A stretch of 64,000 nucleotides of DNA from an uncultured bacterium (GTDB taxonomy: Bacteria; Armatimonadota; DTGP01; CAYSAW01): NCBI GenBank assembly GCA_964429225.1, contig CAYSAW010000001.1:10091-74090 (forward strand). The letters run 5' to 3'. Below the pieces are notes generated by a model. That model ran no database searches. It worked only from the letters and a program-made list of their open reading frames with translations, and was not told where the DNA came from. Made by a program: the position numbers and the translations under genes. Below, in pieces: positions 46,293 through 56,340 of the stretch. Numbering within the stretch: the stretch's first letter is position 1; every line of letters starts with the position of its first letter.

Positions 46293-46829
46293 ATGCGAGG
46301 CTCACCAAAAATGGAGGGAGAAGTTCTCGTCTTAAATAGCAATTATGAGCCCCTGAACATCTGCAATCTCCGGAGGGCTTTAGGTTTGATCCTTTTAGGA
46401 AAAGCCGATGTGCTTCATACAGATTCTCGGGAGATTCATACCGCTCGGGGTACTTTTGTCTCTCCATCGGTGGTTCGCCTGCGCTACTTGGTCAAGCGCC
46501 CCCGGCCCGAACTTCACCTCAGCAGGCGCAGTATCTTTGCCCGAGACAACTACACCTGCCAGTACTGTGGGGCAAAGGGGGGCGACCTCACCGTTGACCA
46601 CGTGGTCCCTAAGCGGTTGGGAGGGGAGACTTCGTGGGAGAACTTGGTTTGCTGCTGCCGGAAGTGTAACGCCAAAAAGGGAGATAAGACCTTAGAGCAA
46701 GCGGGGATGAAGCTTCTTCGCCCTCCCCGAAAACCGAAATACATCCCCTTCATTCACCTCACCAAATATATCGAGGGGAAAAAGCATGAAATCTGGCAGG
46801 ATTATCTCCCCAATGTACAAGATTATTAA
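46293..46829 (+). CDS. HNH endonuclease
   Basis: VLVLNSNYEPL and IFARDNYTCQYCG...TVDHVVPK..GG.TSWENLV.CC.KCN.KK motifs. Start is 46293 or 46311. Confidence 0.92.
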   Translation: MRGSPKMEGEVLVLNSNYEPLNICNLRRALGLILLGKADVLHTDSREIHTARGTFVSPSVVRLRYLVKRPRPELHLSRRSIFARDNYTCQYCGAKGGDLTVDHVVPKRLGGETSWENLVCCCRKCNAKKGDKTLEQAGMKLLRPPRKPKYIPFIHLTKYIEGKKHEIWQDYLPNVQDY

Positions 46830-46875
46830 TTGGTTTTGAAAACCGTCCGTCCAATGATACGGGAGGAGGGAACCG

Positions 46876-47664
46876 GTGGTTCTCCTTCTTGTGGGTCTGC
46901 TTTCCTTATTGGCCTCTCTCTCCGTTCGGGGCGTTGAAGTAAAAAACGAGAAGATCCGGGTCCCGGACGAGAAGGTCCCCCAAGTACGCCTCCAGTATGG
47001 ATTGCTTATGGTCCCCGGGAGCGAGGTGATTCGAACCCGAGACGGTAAAGTTCGTTTCCGGCGAGTGGAAGGAGAACCCCAGAAGGGGGAATACCACATC
47101 ACGCCGACAGGATTGATCACCTTCCATCCGAAGGACCGGGGGAAAAAGCTTTATGCGGATTACCAGTATCGCCCCAGAAAACTCCTCCTCCTGCCCGTAG
47201 ACCCCGGGCCAGCAGATAAGAAGATCGCTTCAGAAGTCTATCAACAGGTGGAATATCTGTTTCGGTTAAAGGGATATGAAGTGATTCCTGAAAGTCAATA
47301 TCGTGACCTCCTGGAGCGACAGCGGTTTTACCCCAGCGGGGAGATCACTCCTGAGCTAGGTCGGTCGCTCGCTCGGGAGTGCGGAGCGGACGATTTGGCT
47401 ATTGTCCGGGTGGAGGAGTGGAAGACGCAATCAGGGAAGAGTTTAATTGGTTTCCTTTGGAACCCCTTTGGGGGGAGGAAGAAACGGGTTTACCTGGGTC
47501 TAAAGGCCCGTCTCTACGATCCTCAATCGGGGAGACTTATCTGGGAGAGCGAAACCTCTACTGTGGAGCAGGGAGGGCGCCTTGGAGGCGTTCCTGAAGA
47601 GATGAAGAAGTCGGCTATTAGCCGAGCAGTCTATCGCTTGTTTTCTAGCTTTTTTAACCCTTAA
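46876..47664 (+). CDS. Exported hypothetical protein with C-terminal CsgG/TolB-N-like fold
   Basis: Signal-like N-terminus; LLLLPV...GYEVIP...LARECGAD...LKARLYDPQSGRLIW pattern. Confidence 0.55.
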   Translation: MVLLLVGLLSLLASLSVRGVEVKNEKIRVPDEKVPQVRLQYGLLMVPGSEVIRTRDGKVRFRRVEGEPQKGEYHITPTGLITFHPKDRGKKLYADYQYRPRKLLLLPVDPGPADKKIASEVYQQVEYLFRLKGYEVIPESQYRDLLERQRFYPSGEITPELGRSLARECGADDLAIVRVEEWKTQSGKSLIGFLWNPFGGRKKRVYLGLKARLYDPQSGRLIWESETSTVEQGGRLGGVPEEMKKSAISRAVYRLFSSFFNP

Positions 47665-47704
47665 ATCTCTCTTCTAATCCCCCTCAGCAGAGGGCTAAAG
47701 CCGA

Positions 47705-47953
47705 GTGATGAAACCTATCCTCAAGCTCCAAGTGGATGATCGAGTAGTCTTCCGCAAGCCTCATCCCTGCGGGAGTTTCGAGTGGATCATTACCCGGGTA
47801 GGGGCGGATATTGGTGCCCAATGCTTAAAGTGCGGCCATCGTATCCTCCTTCCCCGGGATGTGTTCGAACGGAAAGTTCGAAAACACTTTCCCGCCGCGC
47901 AAGAAGCGGACCTCTGGAGGGTTGACCTTGAAGGCCCCTCTCCCTCAACCTAG
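47705..47953 (+). CDS. DUF951-family protein
   Basis: KPHPCGS.EW.I.RVGADI...C..CG..ILLPR..FERK motif. Confidence 0.88.
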   Translation: MMKPILKLQVDDRVVFRKPHPCGSFEWIITRVGADIGAQCLKCGHRILLPRDVFERKVRKHFPAAQEADLWRVDLEGPSPST

Positions 47954-48407
47954 GGAATCTGAAGATTCTCCGGCTGCCAAGAGATGGTTAGAACGGCTTT
48001 CTCTCTGTAATGGATGCGATTTATGTGGGTCGCGGTGTGTTACGGGTTATCCTATATCCCTTTGGGAGTACCAGCGGATTAAAAGATACCTGGAGCAGTT
48101 GCCTGAAGCCGAACTGGAGAAGATTCGAAGCCAAAACAAGGAGCTTCCCTGGCCCGGTGCTCCCGAGCTGACCTATACAGCCTGTCCTTTTCGGGATACC
48201 GAAAGAAAACGATGCGCCATTTACCCAGTTCGGCCTTTGATCTGCCGGTTGTTTGGTCATGTGGAATGGCTTCCTTGCCCTGCAGGGATTATCTCCGAGG
48301 TTCATCCCAGGGGGTGGCAGATAATGCAGTGGTACGCCCGACGAGAGCTACGAACCTTTGAGGAATGGGAGGAGTTGGAACAAAGGGGGGAGATCCCAAA
48401 GGAATGA
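47928..48407 (+). CDS. YkgJ-family cysteine-cluster (Zn/Fe-chelating) protein
   Basis: CNGCDLCG..C and CPF.D....C.IYPVRPLICRLFG motifs; TTG at 47928 follows a GGAGG SD. Confidence 0.8.
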   Translation: MKAPLPQPRESEDSPAAKRWLERLSLCNGCDLCGSRCVTGYPISLWEYQRIKRYLEQLPEAELEKIRSQNKELPWPGAPELTYTACPFRDTERKRCAIYPVRPLICRLFGHVEWLPCPAGIISEVHPRGWQIMQWYARRELRTFEEWEELEQRGEIPKE

Positions 48408-49204
48408 TCCTAGCGGTGGACGCGGGCAACACTCATATTGTCTTTGGATTGGGCCAACCTCAACCTTCTGGGGTTCGGGGAGAGTGGGTAGCCCTTTGGC
48501 GTCTTCATACCGATTGGCACCGCACTGAGGATGAATATTTCGCTTTATCTCTTCCCTTACTACAACAGGCCGGGGTGACTCGAGAGCAGATCGAGGGAGT
48601 GGTTATCGCCAGTGTGGTTCCTCCCATTGAACGCACCCTGCGGGAATTGAGCGCCCGCCTTTGCCCTCAGAGGCCCCCTCTTTTTGTGACTCCTGAAGCC
48701 GAAGTGGGAATTGCTGTAAGATACACTTTACGCCAAGAACTAGGGGCAGACCGCTTGGTGAATGCCCTGGCGGTCAAAGCCCTTTACGGTTGCCCGGCGA
48801 TTGTGGTGGACTTTGGTACCGCAACGACCTTTGACGTCCTCTCCGCTGAAGGTGAATATTTAGGAGGGGCTATATGCCCCGGGGTTGGAATCGCCGTGGA
48901 AGCCTTGTCCCTCCATACCGCTCGTCTCCCTAGAATAGATTTGGTAGCGCCTTCCCGAGCCATTGGGCGGACAACTCAAGAGAGCATGCAGAGTGGGATT
49001 ATTTTAGGATGTGCGGAGATGACTGATGGGTTGATTCGCCGATTTGCCGAAGAACTCGGAGAGAAGCCGAAAGTTGTGGCAACCGGAGGTTTAGCCCCGA
49101 TTATTGCTCCTCACACGAAGACCATTCAACAGATTGATCCAGAACTCACCCTAGAAGGTTTAAGAATATACTGGAATCTTCTACAAGGTAGCCCCGGAAG
49201 CTGA
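48404..49204 (+). CDS. coaX: Type III pantothenate kinase
   Basis: LAVDAGNT, ASVVP, LGADR, VVDFGTATT and VATGGLA motifs; ATGA overlap with the upstream stop. Confidence 0.94.
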   Translation: MILAVDAGNTHIVFGLGQPQPSGVRGEWVALWRLHTDWHRTEDEYFALSLPLLQQAGVTREQIEGVVIASVVPPIERTLRELSARLCPQRPPLFVTPEAEVGIAVRYTLRQELGADRLVNALAVKALYGCPAIVVDFGTATTFDVLSAEGEYLGGAICPGVGIAVEALSLHTARLPRIDLVAPSRAIGRTTQESMQSGIILGCAEMTDGLIRRFAEELGEKPKVVATGGLAPIIAPHTKTIQQIDPELTLEGLRIYWNLLQGSPGS

Positions 49205-49330
49205 AGAGACAATTGAAACTTTTATCCTCTATACCACTCTTCTTAATAGTGGGAAGGTATTATAAAGGGCTTTCGGGGAGATAATGCCTCAGTGACTCTT
49301 ACGAGTAACTTGGCCTGACGATATTCAAAG

Positions 49331-49360
49331 TTGATGGATATGTACTCCCTAGTATAGGCT
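49331..49360 (+). promoter_or_regulatory. Sigma70-type promoter candidate
   Basis: TTGATG-18bp-TAGGCT. Confidence 0.45.
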
Positions 49361-49415
49361 TAGGCGAGCATAAGATAACAATTCTCTCCAAGCCTTTCAA
49401 ACGAGAAACCTGGCG

Positions 49416-51404
49416 ATGCAAATCAGAGAAGTTTCTTCGGAGAAAAGATCTTCTGAGACCCGATCACCCTCGATTTCCAAAGTCCCCTCTCACCCTGGGG
49501 TCAGCTTCCGAGCAGTTTTGATAGGTTTGCTACTTATCCCCTTCCACGTCTATTGGATCACTGTTTTTGAGGTACGTTGGTATTCTCTGGATAGTACTTC
49601 TCTGCCCCTGATGATTACCCCTATCTTCTTGCTCTTCTGCGTAGTGCTGGCGAACCTCTTCTTGCACCGTTTTTCCCCCAAAAAGGCTCTTCTCCAGGGT
49701 GAATTGCTGACCATCTATATTATGCTGGTCATCTCAGGGGTCTTTGCCTCCCATGATATGCTCCAGAACCTCTTTGGGGCCATTGGCCATCCGGTGCGTA
49801 TTGCCGCCACTCGGCCAGAGAGCCGATGGCCTGAGCTCTTCTTCCGGTATATTCCCTGGCACCTATTCATTCGGGACGAATCGGCTCTTAAAGCCTTTTA
49901 TGAAGGAAACAGTTCCTACCTCCCTTATTGGAGAGCTTGGGTCGGCCCCCTTTTGGGGTGGACCCTCTTTGTAGTTGCGGTGGTAATCGTCTTCCTCTGT
50001 GTCAACCTACTGCTCCGCCGCCCCTGGACTCAGTATGAGAAGCTCGCTTTCCCCTTGGTTCAACTTCCCTTGGCCCTTACCTCTCAGGAGGATGGTTTAA
50101 ACCTTTTATCCCAGAAGATGATGTGGCTGGGGTTCTTTTTAGCCTTTGCGGTCGGAGCTGTGAATGGTTTAGGAATGCTCTTTCCCTCTGTCCCTTACTT
50201 TCCCTATGTAAAGCAGTATAACATTGGTCAGTACTTTACCCAGCGTCCTTGGAGTGCTATGGGGTATACCCCGATTAGTATGTACCCCTTTGCTATAGGC
50301 CTTGCTTATTTTATGCCCCTTGATCTCTCCTTTTCTTGCTGGTTTTTCTTCGTCTTTCGCAAGCTCCAACAGGTTTTTGGCTCCGCCTTCGGGTTGGACA
50401 CAGGAATCAACCGGGGCTTTCCCTTTTTTGGGGAGCAAGCCTCTGGAGCTTGGTTGACCCTTGCCTTGGTAGTTCTCTGGGGACTACGGGGCTTCCTAAG
50501 GAGAGCTTGGCAGATCGCTTGGGGGATCAAACCAGCGGAAGATCCGGAGGAGGCCTTGCAGTACCGACGGGCTTTCATCGGTATCGGCTTAGGTACCACC
50601 TTTATCGTTATCTTCTGGCTATATGCTGGTTTGGCCCTTTGGGCATTGGTAGTTTTTTTTACCCTCTATTTTCTCCTCTCTATCACTATCACCCGCATTC
50701 GCGCCGAGCTGGGCACCCCCCACGAGATCTACTTTGTTAATCCTCAGCAGATTATGGTGAACCTTTTCGGGACTGCCACTCTTGGGCCTGCCAATCTCAC
50801 TTTAATCTCCTGTATGTACTGGATGCATCGGGGTTACCGCTCACATCCTATGCCGAATCAACTCGAAGCTTTTAAAATGGCGGAAGGGGGCCGTATCTCC
50901 CTAAAACGCCTCATACCCCTTATTCTTCTCACGAGTCTTTTTAGCATTCTGGTCACTTATTGGGCTAACCTTTCTGTTACCTACGAAGCTGGGGCCTCGG
51001 CCCGGTGCTTAGGGTTTAAATCTTGGGTTGGCGCTGAGAGCTTCAATCGTTTGGAGACTTGGCTTTCCAATACCCAAAGCCGAGAATCGATCCGACTGCT
51101 TTATATGGCCTTCGGTTCCCTTTTTGTCATTTTTCTCTCCTTTATGCGCAGCCTGTTTCTATGGTGGCCCTTTCATCCTGCAGGTTACGCTTTGGCAGTG
51201 AGCTATGCTATGGACTATTTCTGGTTTTGTGTCTTTATCGCCTGGGCAGTCAAGGCCCTCTTGATTCGATATGGGGGGATGAAGGTCCATAACCAGTTCG
51301 TCCCTTTTTTCCTCGGTTTGGTTTTAGGAGATTACACCGTGGGCAGTCTATGGGCGCTCATTGGCCCCGCTTTAAAAATGGTTACTTACAAGATTTACAT
51401 TTAG
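49416..51404 (+). CDS. DUF6785/DUF6784-type polytopic membrane protein (putative transporter)
   Basis: About 16 TM helices; ELLTIYIML, EKLAFPLVQLP, GLAYFMPLDLSFSCWFF, RIRAELG, WWPFHPAGY and PFFLGLVLGD motifs. Confidence 0.7.
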   Translation: MQIREVSSEKRSSETRSPSISKVPSHPGVSFRAVLIGLLLIPFHVYWITVFEVRWYSLDSTSLPLMITPIFLLFCVVLANLFLHRFSPKKALLQGELLTIYIMLVISGVFASHDMLQNLFGAIGHPVRIAATRPESRWPELFFRYIPWHLFIRDESALKAFYEGNSSYLPYWRAWVGPLLGWTLFVVAVVIVFLCVNLLLRRPWTQYEKLAFPLVQLPLALTSQEDGLNLLSQKMMWLGFFLAFAVGAVNGLGMLFPSVPYFPYVKQYNIGQYFTQRPWSAMGYTPISMYPFAIGLAYFMPLDLSFSCWFFFVFRKLQQVFGSAFGLDTGINRGFPFFGEQASGAWLTLALVVLWGLRGFLRRAWQIAWGIKPAEDPEEALQYRRAFIGIGLGTTFIVIFWLYAGLALWALVVFFTLYFLLSITITRIRAELGTPHEIYFVNPQQIMVNLFGTATLGPANLTLISCMYWMHRGYRSHPMPNQLEAFKMAEGGRISLKRLIPLILLTSLFSILVTYWANLSVTYEAGASARCLGFKSWVGAESFNRLETWLSNTQSRESIRLLYMAFGSLFVIFLSFMRSLFLWWPFHPAGYALAVSYAMDYFWFCVFIAWAVKALLIRYGGMKVHNQFVPFFLGLVLGDYTVGSLWALIGPALKMVTYKIYI

Positions 51405-51455
51405 AGAAAGGATTTCCCTCCGCTACTTTCTAAAAGCTACCTGGTAAGAAAGGCG

Positions 51456-52361
51456 ATGTGGGTACGAAGAGAAGAACGTCTCTCCTTAAGGAGATTGTTG
51501 GAGGACCATCGGCCCTTAGTAGCAGTAGGAGCTTTTAATGCCCTCACTGCTAAGATGATCGAGCGGGCAGGGTTTGACTTGGTCTATCTTTCAGGGGCGG
51601 GGCTGGCCAACAGCTGGTCTGCCCTGCCGGATATCGGTTTACTCACTCTTACGGAAGTCGCTCAACAGACCCGCTGGGTAGCCCGGGCCACCCGGCTCCC
51701 CATTATTGTGGATGCGGACACCGGATTTGGAGAAGCCATTAATGTCGCCCGGGCAGTTTGTGAACTGGAAGAAGCCGGAGCTCAGGCGATCCAGCTGGAG
51801 GACCAACAGTTCCCCAAACGGTGTGGGCACCTCAAAGGTAAATCCCTAGTTTCCCCAGAGGTAATGGAAGAGAAGATTCGATCCGCCTGCGAAGCCCGAC
51901 AGAGCAGAGATTTCTTAATCATTGCCCGTACCGATGCCCGGACGGTTACCGGTTTTCAGAACGCCCTCTCCCGGGCCCAGAGGTATGCTGAAGCCGGAGC
52001 GGACCTCATCTTCCCCGAGGCCTTGCCATCTATTAACGAGTTCCAAACCTTCGTCAAAGAGGTACCTGCTCCTATTCTGGCCAATATGACCGAGTTCGGT
52101 CAAACACCCTATTATTCAGTGAAAGATTTCGCTGAAATAGGGGTCGCTGTTGTTCTCTTTCCTGTCACCCTTCTCAGGGTGACCCTTTACGCTCTTCAAA
52201 GATCCTTAGAGATTCTGAAAAAAGAAGGAACCCAAGCTCCTCTACTAAGTCAGATGCTAACCCGGCAGGAACTTTATGACCTCCTGGGGTATGAAGATTA
52301 TGAGAGGTTTGACCACAAAGTGTCGGGATGGAGGTCGCCCTCTCCGGAGGAACACTTGTAA
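51456..52361 (+). CDS. prpB: Methylisocitrate lyase
   Basis: YLSGA, LPDIG, VDADTGFG, EDQ..PKRCGH, ARTDAR and LANMTEFG motifs. Confidence 0.9.
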   Translation: MWVRREERLSLRRLLEDHRPLVAVGAFNALTAKMIERAGFDLVYLSGAGLANSWSALPDIGLLTLTEVAQQTRWVARATRLPIIVDADTGFGEAINVARAVCELEEAGAQAIQLEDQQFPKRCGHLKGKSLVSPEVMEEKIRSACEARQSRDFLIIARTDARTVTGFQNALSRAQRYAEAGADLIFPEALPSINEFQTFVKEVPAPILANMTEFGQTPYYSVKDFAEIGVAVVLFPVTLLRVTLYALQRSLEILKKEGTQAPLLSQMLTRQELYDLLGYEDYERFDHKVSGWRSPSPEEHL

Positions 52362-52401
52362 GGCTCTATTTCTTTAAAATCTTAAAATAAGGAGAAGTTC
52401 A

Positions 52402-53541
52402 ATGAATCCCGTAGATGAAAAGTCTTACTCTCCTGGCCTCGCAGGGGTCATTGCCGGCGTCACCAAGATCTCAGAGATTGATCCTGAGCATCACTATCTT
52501 GCCTACCGAGGGTATGATATTGAGACTCTTGCTACTCAATCCAATTTTGAAGAGGTCGCTTATCTTTTATTATATGGTGACCTACCTACAGCTAGTCAGT
52601 ATAAGGACTTTTGTGATACTTTAGTCGCCGAACGTTCTCTTCCGGAAGACCTCAAAAGGATTTTTGCCCAGTGCCCCAAAGGCTCCCCAGTGATGGATCT
52701 CCTAAGGATTGGGGTAACCTATTTAGGGTTATTGGACCCAGACCTGAATGATAATTCTCGGGAAGCCAATTACCGCAAGGCCCTTCGGCTTACCGCCAAA
52801 ATGGGGACTTTGGTGGCTCAATCCTATCGAATTACCCAAGGGTTAGAAGTGATTGAACCCCGCTCTGATCTCTCTCATTCGGCCAACTTACTTTATATGA
52901 TCACGGGTGAGGAGCCTGATGCCCTGTCGACTCGAGTTTTTGACGCCAGCTTGATTGTCTATGCCGAACACGGCTATAACGCTTCCGCTTTTTCGGCCAG
53001 GGTTACCTGCTCTACCCTAGCGGATATGCATGCGGGGGTTACCTCGGCCTTAGCGGCGTTGAAGGGGCCTCGGCATGGCGGGGCCAACGAACAGGCGATG
53101 GAGATGATGTTGGAGATCGGGGATCCTTCTAAGGCTGAGGAGTGGATCCTTCGCGCTCTCGCTGAAAAGAAGCGGATCCCCGGCTTTGGACACCGCATTT
53201 ATAAAACTGGGGATACCCGAGTGCCCATTATGACACGCCTCGGATTGGAACTGGCCCAGGCTAAAGGGGAGACGAAATGGACCCAGATAGCCGAGGTGAT
53301 TACCCAGATTATGGAGCGAGAAAAGAACCTCCACCCCAACGTGGATTTCCCCATAGGTTACGTTTATTATCTGTTAGGAATCCCTATCGTCTTAGATACC
53401 CCGATTTTCGCTGCTGCCCGAATAGTAGGTTGGTGCGCTCACATTATGGAGGAGCTGGAAGGAAAATATATCATCCGGCCGGATGCCCTTTACCAAGGGG
53501 AACGCGGTCGGAAATACATCCCGATGTCTGAGAGAGGCTAA
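52402..53541 (+). CDS. prpC: 2-methylcitrate/citrate synthase
   Basis: YRGYDI, AEHG.NAS.F.ARV, GPRHGGA, GFGHRIY, NVDF and IRP motifs; adjacent to prpB. Confidence 0.82.
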   Translation: MNPVDEKSYSPGLAGVIAGVTKISEIDPEHHYLAYRGYDIETLATQSNFEEVAYLLLYGDLPTASQYKDFCDTLVAERSLPEDLKRIFAQCPKGSPVMDLLRIGVTYLGLLDPDLNDNSREANYRKALRLTAKMGTLVAQSYRITQGLEVIEPRSDLSHSANLLYMITGEEPDALSTRVFDASLIVYAEHGYNASAFSARVTCSTLADMHAGVTSALAALKGPRHGGANEQAMEMMLEIGDPSKAEEWILRALAEKKRIPGFGHRIYKTGDTRVPIMTRLGLELAQAKGETKWTQIAEVITQIMEREKNLHPNVDFPIGYVYYLLGIPIVLDTPIFAAARIVGWCAHIMEELEGKYIIRPDALYQGERGRKYIPMSERG

Positions 53542-53601
53542 AAGAATTTGTTCCCCAACCCTCCTAGGATAGGTTAAATTAAAGAAGAGGTTCTGAGGTT
53601 G

Positions 53602-53641
53602 ACCGAGGAGCTAAGGATATGTAACAAGCTCCTCGGTTTTC
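53602..53641 (+). terminator. Terminator-like hairpin after prpC
   Basis: 11-bp stem ACCGAGGAGCT/AGCTCCTCGGT followed by TTTCT; the 14-nt loop is unusually long. Confidence 0.45.
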
Positions 53642-53669
53642 TCCTTAAGGGAGCTAACAGCTCTAACAG

Positions 53670-54776
53670 GTGCGGGGGACCGTATTACCCTCAAGAAAGG
53701 AAATGAACATGGTAGGCAGGCTGGAGTGGAGTATTGAGGCAATGATGGTTTTTTCTATAGTTTGGTTGTTTGCTCATAGTTCAACCAGTAGTCAAAGGGT
53801 AGTACCAGCAAGGGAAAGGGAAATCAGTCGCTCAACCCTTCCTCAAGGCCCCGGTCTATCGGCAAAGTATCCCGGTGATGCAGGTATCGCCAGCGATCCA
53901 GAAGTGGTCTTCGTAGAGGATTTCGAGGAGCAATCCCTGGAGGCGATGAAGAAACGCTGGGATAATGTGCAGAGTCCTGAAATAATGTCCTTTTCAGAAG
54001 AGGTACCGAAAGGGAGTGCAGGTACTCACTCTCTTCTTCTGACCTATGTAGGGGGAAAGGGCACGGGTGGACATCTCTATCGGAGGTTACTACCCGGTTA
54101 CGAGCAATTGTATATTCGTTTTTATGTCAAGTTTGATCCCCAGTGTAGTCCGATCCACCACTTCTTCCACGTTGGCGGTTACAACCCACCAACACCTTGG
54201 CCTCAAGGGGGTGCAGGAGAGCGTCCTCGCGGCGATGAAAGATTCAGCACCGGAGTCGAACCCTTTGGTGATGCCTGGGTTTGGGATTATTACACCTACT
54301 GGAGGGAGATGAGGGGAAGTCCACCTCGCGGACAAACGTGGGGTAACAGCTTCATTCGTGACCCAAAGTTAAAAGTGCAAAGGGGGGAGTGGATCTGTGT
54401 AGAGTTGATGATGAAGATGAACCAACCTGTCCACGAACATAATGGCGAGATGGCTTTGTGGATTAATGGGAAACTGGTGAGCCACTTAGGCCCAGGATAC
54501 CCCCGGGGGAAATGGGTTTACGACAAATTCATCCCCGGCGGAGAGGGAGAGAGTATCCGTTGGAGTGAGGAGAAGGGTGGGCCTGAGCGTTTTAGAGTTC
54601 CTCCAGGTGGTTCCCCTTTTGAGGGTTTCCGCTGGCGAAACTCTGAGAACCTAAAGATAAACTTCCTCTGGGTTCTGCTTTACATCACTCAGGCTCCTGA
54701 AGGGCATATCAGCAAGGTATGGTTTGACCACATTGTGGTGGCTAAGCGTTATATCGGCCCCTTAAGCAAGCGATAG
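53670..54776 (+). CDS. Secreted polysaccharide-lyase-like / ConA-fold hypothetical protein
   Basis: YPGDAGI..DP.V.F.EDFE, LYIRFYVKF, WICVELMMK, LWINGKL and VWFDHIVVAKRYIGP motifs. Start is uncertain (ATG near 53703). Confidence 0.55.
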   Translation: MRGTVLPSRKEMNMVGRLEWSIEAMMVFSIVWLFAHSSTSSQRVVPAREREISRSTLPQGPGLSAKYPGDAGIASDPEVVFVEDFEEQSLEAMKKRWDNVQSPEIMSFSEEVPKGSAGTHSLLLTYVGGKGTGGHLYRRLLPGYEQLYIRFYVKFDPQCSPIHHFFHVGGYNPPTPWPQGGAGERPRGDERFSTGVEPFGDAWVWDYYTYWREMRGSPPRGQTWGNSFIRDPKLKVQRGEWICVELMMKMNQPVHEHNGEMALWINGKLVSHLGPGYPRGKWVYDKFIPGGEGESIRWSEEKGGPERFRVPPGGSPFEGFRWRNSENLKINFLWVLLYITQAPEGHISKVWFDHIVVAKRYIGPLSKR

Positions 54777-54812
54777 AGAGACGACGGGGTACTTGCCCCG
54801 GCCTTTTCTTTT

Positions 54813-56180
54813 TTATCCTTCTTCTGCCAACTTCTGGATCCACTGAGAGGCCTCCTCCCGAATTTGCTCCATCAGCTCCTTAGAGCGGGCTTCCACGTTA
54901 AGGCGAAGCAGAGGTTCAGTGTTGCTAGGGCGGATGTTCATTCGCCAATCGGGATACTCTATTGAAAGACCATCTATGTAGGATTTTTCGGCGTCAGGAT
55001 AACGCTCCTCAAAAAACTTGAGTACTTTCCGGTAATCTTTTACCCGGAAGTTGATCTCACCGCTGATAAAATATTTTGCCCGTAGAGGAGCAAGCATCTC
55101 CCTCAGGGATTGATCCTTAATACTCATCAGTTCGAGAAGAAGGACCACTGGGATAAATCCACTATCGCAATAGTAGTTCTCCCGGAAATAGTAGTGGCCA
55201 CTCATCTCTCCACCGAAGAGAGCATTCTCTTGGCGCATTCGCTCTTTCATAAAAGAGTGCCCGCCTTTAGTCACAATGGGGATACCCCCCTTCTCCCGAA
55301 CTATTTCGATGACTGCCCAGATATTACGGGGGTCACAGAGGATTTTTTCACCAGGACTTTTCCTCAACATCGCTTCTGCCAAGAGTGCAGTAACAAAGTA
55401 TCCCTCTACGAAATAGCCCTCGGAGTCTATAAAGAAACAGCGGTCTGCGTCGCCATCCCAAAGGATACCCAGGTCGGCTTTCTCCTGCAGAAGCCGTTCT
55501 CTACACTGTTGCTGATTCTCCACAAGCATAGGGTTTGGCTCGTGAGAGGGAAAGGTTCCATCGGGTTCCCAATTCAACCGGATCAACTGGGGTTTGAGAT
55601 GAGTGAAAAGGCAGTCCGCAACCTTTCCCCCTAGACCATTCCCTGGGTCTGCTACGATCCGGAAGGGTTTGATCTTCTCGGGATTCACAAACTTGAGGAC
55701 GTGCTGAGTGTAATCGTTATAAATATCAAGTGCCTCAACGGAGCCAAGGGCAGGAGGAGCGGGAAATTCCCTTTTTAGAGAGATTTCCGCGATCTCTCTC
55801 AGTCCAGAGTCACTACTGATGGGGATTGCCTCTTCTCGGATGAACTTCAAACCGTTCCACTCAGGAGGATTATGGGAGGCGGTTACCATAATTCCTCCCG
55901 CAAGCTGGTAATGGGGAACCGCAAAATAGAGCATATCAGTGCTGATCATCCCTAAATCCACTACATCGGCCCCTTGATCGGTTAATCCACGAATCAAGGC
56001 TTGGGCTAGGGAAGGGGAGGAGAGACGCATATCACGCCCCACAGCTACTTTTCTAGCCCCGGTGAAGAGGATATAGGCACGCCCAATTCTATAAGCTATC
56101 TCTTCGTTGATCTGCTGGGGGTAAATACCTCGTACATCATAAGCTTTAAAAATGCTCGGATCGAAAGCAGACATCAGCAA
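54813..56180 (-). CDS. manB: Phosphomannomutase/phosphoglucomutase
   Basis: FKAYDVRG, TASHNP, DGDADR, GEMSGH and RPSNTEP motifs. Confidence 0.9.
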   Translation of the reverse strand: MLMSAFDPSIFKAYDVRGIYPQQINEEIAYRIGRAYILFTGARKVAVGRDMRLSSPSLAQALIRGLTDQGADVVDLGMISTDMLYFAVPHYQLAGGIMVTASHNPPEWNGLKFIREEAIPISSDSGLREIAEISLKREFPAPPALGSVEALDIYNDYTQHVLKFVNPEKIKPFRIVADPGNGLGGKVADCLFTHLKPQLIRLNWEPDGTFPSHEPNPMLVENQQQCRERLLQEKADLGILWDGDADRCFFIDSEGYFVEGYFVTALLAEAMLRKSPGEKILCDPRNIWAVIEIVREKGGIPIVTKGGHSFMKERMRQENALFGGEMSGHYYFRENYYCDSGFIPVVLLLELMSIKDQSLREMLAPLRAKYFISGEINFRVKDYRKVLKFFEERYPDAEKSYIDGLSIEYPDWRMNIRPSNTEPLLRLNVEARSKELMEQIREEASQWIQKLAEEG

Positions 56181-56304
56181 ACCTCCTTGAAATTGTTCCT
56201 CTTAACCCTTCCTAAATATTATCCCAGAAGGCTCTAGTTTAAACTTCTAACTTGCTGGTTACCCTCCGCCAACCCTTTGTAACCCTCTATACGGGGAGTA
56301 GGGT

Positions 56305-56334
56305 TTGACAATCCCTCTCTCTGCTCCTTAAGCT
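56305..56334 (+). promoter_or_regulatory. Sigma70-type promoter candidate, probably producing a leaderless mRNA
   Basis: TTGACA-18bp-TAAGCT ending 6 nt before the GTG at 56341. Confidence 0.55.
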
Positions 56335-56340
56335 GGAAGC

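Noticed and set aside
46293-46829. HNH as an IscB/Cas9-like RNA-guided nuclease
   Set aside because: Only about 175 aa, with no RuvC or bridge helix, no transposon ends and no CRISPR array; matches the common stand-alone HNH family.
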